From Candidatus Levyibacteriota bacterium (GTDB taxonomy: Bacteria; Patescibacteriota; Microgenomatia; Levybacterales; UBA12049), in the NCBI GenBank assembly GCA_027459745.1, contig DAIDHL010000006.1, forward strand, positions 19,578 through 83,577: a DNA stretch of 64,000 bases, read 5' to 3'. A program made the position numbers and the translations under genes. The notes below the pieces were generated by a model. That model had not been told where the DNA came from. It did not search any database and worked only from the letters and a program-made list of their open reading frames with translations. Positions 58,772-64,000 of this stretch are shown in pieces (the first letter of the stretch is position 1; each line of letters begins with the position of its first letter).

Positions 58772-59542
58772 ATGTTTGATTTGAATTATCAGAATAAAGT
58801 AACAGAAATCACTTCATTTATCGCTGATGAGTTTAAATCTTCTGGTATGGATAAAATCGTGATTGCCTTGTCTGGTGGAATTGATAGTGCACTTAGTGCG
58901 ACTTTAGCGGTAAAAGCAGTAGGAGTGGAAAAAGTAAATGTTTTGATGCTTCCATATGGTAAATTAAATATTGAAGGTGTGAAAGATGCTCGGCTGGTTG
59001 CAAAGTCTTTGTCTATGCCTGAAAAACAAATTAAAATTATAGATATTAAGCCAACCGTCGATGAAGTAATTAAAGCTCTACCTAATGTGAATAATTTGCG
59101 CAAGGGCAATATTATGGCGAGAGTTAGGATGATTTATTTGTATGATAAAGCCAAAGAACTAAATGCCTTAGTGTGCGGGACTGAAAATAAATCAGAATAT
59201 TATCTAGGCTATTTTACACGTTTTGGTGATGAAGCATCAGACCTGGAGCCGATTCAAGGTCTATATAAAACACAAGTCTGGTCTCTAGCAAAATATTTAA
59301 ACATACCAGAGAAGATTATCAGTAAATCTCCTAGTGCAGGATTATGGGAGGGGCAGACGGATGAGTCAGAACTTGGCTTTAGCTATAGTCAAGCTGATGA
59401 AATTCTATATTACACATTTCAGGATGAATTGTCTGCTTCAGAAATTGCCCAAAAAGGATTGGATATAAAAATAATTAACCAGGTTTTGCTCAGAGTAAAA
59501 CAAAATAAATTTAAACACCATCTTCCTCGTATTCTCAAATGA
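58772..59542 (+). CDS. nadE: NH3-dependent NAD+ synthetase
   Basis: ALSGGIDSAL PP-loop, 256 aa. Confidence 0.85.
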   Translation: MFDLNYQNKVTEITSFIADEFKSSGMDKIVIALSGGIDSALSATLAVKAVGVEKVNVLMLPYGKLNIEGVKDARLVAKSLSMPEKQIKIIDIKPTVDEVIKALPNVNNLRKGNIMARVRMIYLYDKAKELNALVCGTENKSEYYLGYFTRFGDEASDLEPIQGLYKTQVWSLAKYLNIPEKIISKSPSAGLWEGQTDESELGFSYSQADEILYYTFQDELSASEIAQKGLDIKIINQVLLRVKQNKFKHHLPRILK

Positions 59543-59553
59543 ACTAGACTGTT

Positions 59554-60624
59554 TTGCTCTGCACGAGTCTTTTTTGCTACAATTGTTGTATGGGTGCTAA
59601 GACAAAAAGCATAAATAAAACTAGTACAATCATAAAAAAAGTTAATCTAAATGAAAAAAAATCTCTTCTTGAGTCGTTATATTTTTATTTGGGAATATTA
59701 ATCTTAATGATCCTATCTGTTACATATGGTTTGACTCTACAACAAAATAACGCTGGTTCGAAACAACAAGTGAAATTGAATAATATTTATGCAAAAAAAG
59801 CTGCGGCACAGATTCTAAAAATACCATTACTGCGGCCGACTATTTCTTCTTCTCCATCAGCGACTCCTACTATAGTCACTTCACATACTGCCTCGCCAAG
59901 TTCTGCATTATCAGATGACGGAGCTACAGTTACAGGTTCTAGAGTTAATGGTATTGGTTATTGTTTATATGTTCCAGTATTTATGTACCACCACATAGAA
60001 CCCATGGCTCAGGCTAACGAAGAGGGACATGGTCAGTTAACAGTTGATAGTAATTTGTTTGATCAACAAATGGGGTATATGATAGCACATGGTTATAACT
60101 TTATTTCATTGTCTACTTTAGTTAATGCGATAGTAAATCATCAGTCTTTACCTGCTAAAACCGTAGTCTTAACAGCTGATGATGGATATATAGATATTTA
60201 TCAATATGCTTATCCTATTATTCAAAAATATCATATAATCATGAATTTATTTATCCCTACGGGACTAATCGATAATTCGGACTATATGACCTGGAATCAA
60301 ATAAAACAGATGCAAGGTAGCGGTTTAGTAAATATATATAACCATACTTGGTCTCATTATCCATTAGGCCAAGGAGACAAAACTAAGATTACCTTTGAAA
60401 TGCAAACATCACAAAATGAACTCAAGCAGAATTTAGGACTTACTCCTAATATTATGGCTTATCCATATGGATCTTTTAGTCCGCTGTCCATTCAAGTTTT
60501 ACAGTCAGAAGGGTTTACGGCTGCCTTCTCGACTCTGCCAGGAACTGATGAATGTACCTCAAACTTGATGACTGAACCCAGATACCGCATTGGTAATGCC
60601 CCCATGTCCTACTACGGGTTTTAA
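59554..60624 (+). CDS. Polysaccharide deacetylase (CE4/NodB-like), membrane anchored
   Basis: LTADDGY (TFDDG-like), HTWSH His motif; N-terminal TM. Confidence 0.6.
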   Translation: MLCTSLFCYNCCMGAKTKSINKTSTIIKKVNLNEKKSLLESLYFYLGILILMILSVTYGLTLQQNNAGSKQQVKLNNIYAKKAAAQILKIPLLRPTISSSPSATPTIVTSHTASPSSALSDDGATVTGSRVNGIGYCLYVPVFMYHHIEPMAQANEEGHGQLTVDSNLFDQQMGYMIAHGYNFISLSTLVNAIVNHQSLPAKTVVLTADDGYIDIYQYAYPIIQKYHIIMNLFIPTGLIDNSDYMTWNQIKQMQGSGLVNIYNHTWSHYPLGQGDKTKITFEMQTSQNELKQNLGLTPNIMAYPYGSFSPLSIQVLQSEGFTAAFSTLPGTDECTSNLMTEPRYRIGNAPMSYYGF

Positions 60625-60709
60625 ATATAAAGTTATCGAAGGTAATAATAGGTAAAAAGATTTATAAAGAAAAATTTAGTAAATCCCAAATAAAAATTAA
60701 CGTAGAAAA

Positions 60710-63172
60710 TTACTTATTAAGACTGTCTTCCAACTTTTTTAAGTCTAGAGAGGTTTTTAACACACTGTCAGGCTGCAAACTTATAGAATCAATACCTTCT
60801 TTAACTAAGAATTCTGCAAAATCAGGAAAATCTGAGGGGGCTTGTCCGCAAATTCCAACTGGCATAGCCATTGCATGGGCATTAGCAATTAAGGTTTTAA
60901 TTAGCTTTTTAACAGCTTTATTATTTTCATTCCCAACATGGGCTATTAATTTAGAGTCTCGATCCAAACCGAGTGTTAGTTGAGTTAAATCATTAGAGCC
61001 AATAGAAAATCCGTCAAATAAAGCAGCAAAGTCTTCTACGAGCAAAATGTTGGATGGAATCTCTGCCATAACCCAGACTCTTAGTCTTTCATCTATTTCA
61101 TCACTAGCTGCTACCTCGAGAGGATTTGCTATTTTTTGGTGAGGTAAACCATTTTTTGCCATAACATCCAAAACTTTTTGTCCTTCTTCTGGTGTTCGAC
61201 AAAAAGGAATCATTACTTGCAAGTTATATAACCCCATTTCTTCTCTGACTCTTTTTACAGCTTGGCATTCAAGCGAGAATGCTTGTTCAAAGTTAGGATC
61301 ATAGTAGCGACTGGCACCTCTCCAGCCGATCATAGGATTTTCTTCATTTGGTTCATACTGATTGCCTCCTATTAAGGTGGCATATTCGTTGGATTTAAAA
61401 TCGCTAAATCTTAAGAGTACTTCATGAGGATAAAACGCTGAGGCTATGATACTGATGCCATAAGCTAATTTTTCTACATAAAACTTGACCTTGTCTGTAT
61501 AACCGCTGGTAAGATGATCAATAGTTTCTTTCACAGCAGGATCTGTTATTTTGTCGTAATTGAGTAAAGCATTGGGATGTATTTTTATAAAATTGTTTAT
61601 TACGAATTCCTCTCTAGCCAGCCCGACACCATGATTTGGAATAAAAGAATAATTAAAAACCAAATCAGGATCAGCCACAATCATTTTAATTTTGGTCTTT
61701 GGTGCCACAAAGTTTTTCAAATCTGTTTTTTTAATTTCAAACTTTAATTTTCCTTCGTAAACTTTACCATCTTCTCCACTTGCACAACTTACAGTGATAT
61801 CGGTACCTGTTTTAATGGTCAATGTTGCATCACCACAACCGACAATAGCCGGAATGCCTAATTCACGGGAAACAATAGCCGCATGAGATGTTCTGCCACC
61901 TGCATCTGTAACTATGGCGCTGGCTTTTTTCATGATTGGTTCCCAGTCAGGATCTGTTATTTCTGCAATTAAAACTTCACCGGCCTGAAAATCATTTAAT
62001 TCACTAGGATGTTTAATATACCTGGCTTTGCCACTACCGATTTTCTCTCCTACAGAAGTGCCAGTAACCAAGACTTTTCCTTCCTCCAAAAGTTTGTATT
62101 CCTCCAAGACGGTCATATCTCTTCTAGCTTGAACTGTCTCCGGTCTGGCTTGCACTATATATAACTGCTCTCCATCAAAAGCCCATTCCATATCCATAGG
62201 TTTTTGATAATGATCTTCAATGATCATTCCCCACCGCGAAAGCTGCAAGATTTGTTCGTCATTTAATACAAACCTATCTCGATCGTTTTGTTCTACTGAA
62301 ATTTCTTGAGTGGGGTTTTTGAGATCATCTGAATAGATAAGTTTTTTCTCTTTACTTCCTATTCTTTTGTTAATAATCGCATTTTTACCTTTAGCAAGTG
62401 TTGGTTTGAAGACCATATATTCATCCGGTGTCACTATGCCCTTGACAATAAATTCACCCAATCCCCAAGAAGCATTGATCAAAATAACATTACGAAAACC
62501 ACTTTCAGTATCCAAAGAGAACATTACACCACTGCAACCCTGATCGCTACGAACCATCTTTTGCACTGCACAAGATAAGGCTATTGCGAGATGATCAAAG
62601 TGTTGATCAGCACGATATGAGATAGCGCGGTTAGTAAAAAGAGAAGAAAATGCCTCCTTAATAGAATATAAAAGATTCTCAATGCCTTTTACATTTAAGT
62701 AGGATTCTTGTTGACCTGCAAAAGAGGCATTTGCCAAATCTTCTGCGGTAGCTGAGGATCTAACAGCCACATCTAGTTTCTCCAATGGAAGATCAAGTTT
62801 TTTAGCTAAATTTTCATAAGCATCTGTAATTGCGTGTTGTAAGTCTGGAGGGAAAGAGGAATTTAATATTAATTCTCTTACTTCACTGCCTGCTTTATCC
62901 AAGGCATGCATATCAGATGTATTTAAATTGGCCAGAATTGTTTTAATTTTTTCATCTAAACCGTTCTTCTGTAAAAAAATTCTATACGCATAAGCGGTAA
63001 CAGAAAAACCAAATGGAACTTTGACTTGCTCATGGGGGAAAAGTTGGCTTTTGGATTTGGTAATATTCTGATACATTTCGCCCAGATTGGCATTTTTACC
63101 CCCTACCAATGGGATATCTCTTTTATCTATTTCGTCAAACCATAAAATATATTGTTCTTCGCGGTTGGGCAT
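60710..63172 (-). CDS. ppsA: Phosphoenolpyruvate synthase (pyruvate, water dikinase)
   Basis: 820 aa; PLVGGKNANLGEM N-terminus, phosphohistidine region GGRTSHAAIVSRELGIPAIVGC, C-terminal PEP-utilising TIM-barrel. Confidence 0.85.
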   Translation of the reverse strand: MPNREEQYILWFDEIDKRDIPLVGGKNANLGEMYQNITKSKSQLFPHEQVKVPFGFSVTAYAYRIFLQKNGLDEKIKTILANLNTSDMHALDKAGSEVRELILNSSFPPDLQHAITDAYENLAKKLDLPLEKLDVAVRSSATAEDLANASFAGQQESYLNVKGIENLLYSIKEAFSSLFTNRAISYRADQHFDHLAIALSCAVQKMVRSDQGCSGVMFSLDTESGFRNVILINASWGLGEFIVKGIVTPDEYMVFKPTLAKGKNAIINKRIGSKEKKLIYSDDLKNPTQEISVEQNDRDRFVLNDEQILQLSRWGMIIEDHYQKPMDMEWAFDGEQLYIVQARPETVQARRDMTVLEEYKLLEEGKVLVTGTSVGEKIGSGKARYIKHPSELNDFQAGEVLIAEITDPDWEPIMKKASAIVTDAGGRTSHAAIVSRELGIPAIVGCGDATLTIKTGTDITVSCASGEDGKVYEGKLKFEIKKTDLKNFVAPKTKIKMIVADPDLVFNYSFIPNHGVGLAREEFVINNFIKIHPNALLNYDKITDPAVKETIDHLTSGYTDKVKFYVEKLAYGISIIASAFYPHEVLLRFSDFKSNEYATLIGGNQYEPNEENPMIGWRGASRYYDPNFEQAFSLECQAVKRVREEMGLYNLQVMIPFCRTPEEGQKVLDVMAKNGLPHQKIANPLEVAASDEIDERLRVWVMAEIPSNILLVEDFAALFDGFSIGSNDLTQLTLGLDRDSKLIAHVGNENNKAVKKLIKTLIANAHAMAMPVGICGQAPSDFPDFAEFLVKEGIDSISLQPDSVLKTSLDLKKLEDSLNK

Positions 63173-63445
63173 GATTTTATCTTAACAACCAATTGCTCAG
63201 TTAAGCAAGTAGTATATTAATACACCTATATTATTAGTCTTAAATCAAAGAAGAGGCAGTGAGCTACGTCACACTATTAAAATAAGATTCAAGTTATCAC
63301 TGTCGTTCGAATCATACTTTCTGAATTAAATAAGAAGATTACAAAACTAAGAGAGTTATAATCCTCCACTAGCTACTTTAGTTTATCGTCCTCCAAAAAG
63401 TAAACGAATGTTTACTTTTTGTTTCTAAAGGTATATATTACTCTT

Positions 63446-64000
63446 GTGCAAAAAACAATTCTTCATATAGATTTTGATTCATTTTTTGCCAGTGTAGAGC
63501 AACAAGACAATCCTAAATTACGTAATCGACCTATCGGTGTAACTGCTCATAATAGCGGAACTGCGATCATTGCGGCCAGCAGAGAGGCAAAAAAATTAGG
63601 TATCAGTGCTTCCTTTAATACTAGAGAAGCTTTCGCTATTTGTCCCCACTTAATATTAACAGGGGCTAATTTTGAACGCTATTTCGAGATTTCTAAAGCC
63701 TTTATCAAAATATGTAAAGACTTTTCCCCACAGATTGAGGTTTTTTCTATCGATGAGCTATTTATGGATGTGACACTTACACAAAAATTGTTTGGCGACG
63801 TGAATGATCTAATTGCCCAACTAAAACGACGTATAAAAGAAGAAATCGGTGAATACATTACTGTTTCGGTGGGAGTCTCTTACAATAAATTATTGGCCAA
63901 ATTGGGTTCCGGTTTGGACAAACCCAACGGCGTTACATATATTACACCACAAAACCTACCACAAATTTACGCGAGAGCTAAATTAACTGATATTTGCGGT
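63446..64000 (+). CDS. dinB: DNA polymerase IV (DinB), partial (N-terminal fragment; continues beyond the window)
   Basis: GTG start; (M)QKTILHIDFDSFFASVEQQDNPKLRNRPIGV classic Y-family N-terminus. Confidence 0.75.
   Translation, partial: MQKTILHIDFDSFFASVEQQDNPKLRNRPIGVTAHNSGTAIIAASREAKKLGISASFNTREAFAICPHLILTGANFERYFEISKAFIKICKDFSPQIEVFSIDELFMDVTLTQKLFGDVNDLIAQLKRRIKEEIGEYITVSVGVSYNKLLAKLGSGLDKPNGVTYITPQNLPQIYARAKLTDICG

Overview
AT-rich (roughly 35% GC) bacterial chromosomal fragment. Its gene content suggests a small-genome, possibly CPR/Patescibacteria-like organism: compact glycolysis block (gpmI-eno-pyk), archaeal-type PPAT, many small secreted or membrane proteins, sortase. Housekeeping genes run from 1 to about 42.5 kb and from 58 to 64 kb: pyrB fragment, BlaI/BlaR1-like pair, DsbA plus CxxC membrane protein, zur-zupT, S8 protease with dockerin-like tail, gpmI, eno, pyk, typA, RND pump plus adaptor, DacA-like PBP, a GT4/His-phosphatase/LmbE cluster, ABC exporter, five tRNAs, nadD, nadE, ppsA and a dinB fragment. 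Between tRNA-His (42.6 kb) and about 57.9 kb lies a roughly 15-kb integrative element bounded by a large serine recombinase whose ORF runs antisense through tRNA-His. It carries a CBASS-like pair (SMODS-type nucleotidyltransferase plus 2-TM SLATT-like protein) directly behind a small serine resolvase/invertase, three uncharacterised genes with Zn-ribbon and HEPN-like Rx4H motifs, a Type III R-M (mod-res plus a translationally coupled third gene), an XRE-type HTH regulator, a membrane protein fused in operon with a standalone FtsK-gamma domain, a TerS-like gene, a replication-initiator-like gene, and a perfect 19-bp inverted repeat pair. The architecture resembles a phage satellite or defence island. 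Other oddities are a GC-rich nested hairpin inserted in frame in enolase, a recurring 'TTGTCATTCC + hairpin' intergenic motif, and a TACA/TGTA palindrome at the dsbA-like start downstream of blaI/blaR1. All calls are from reading motifs by eye; no database searches were run.
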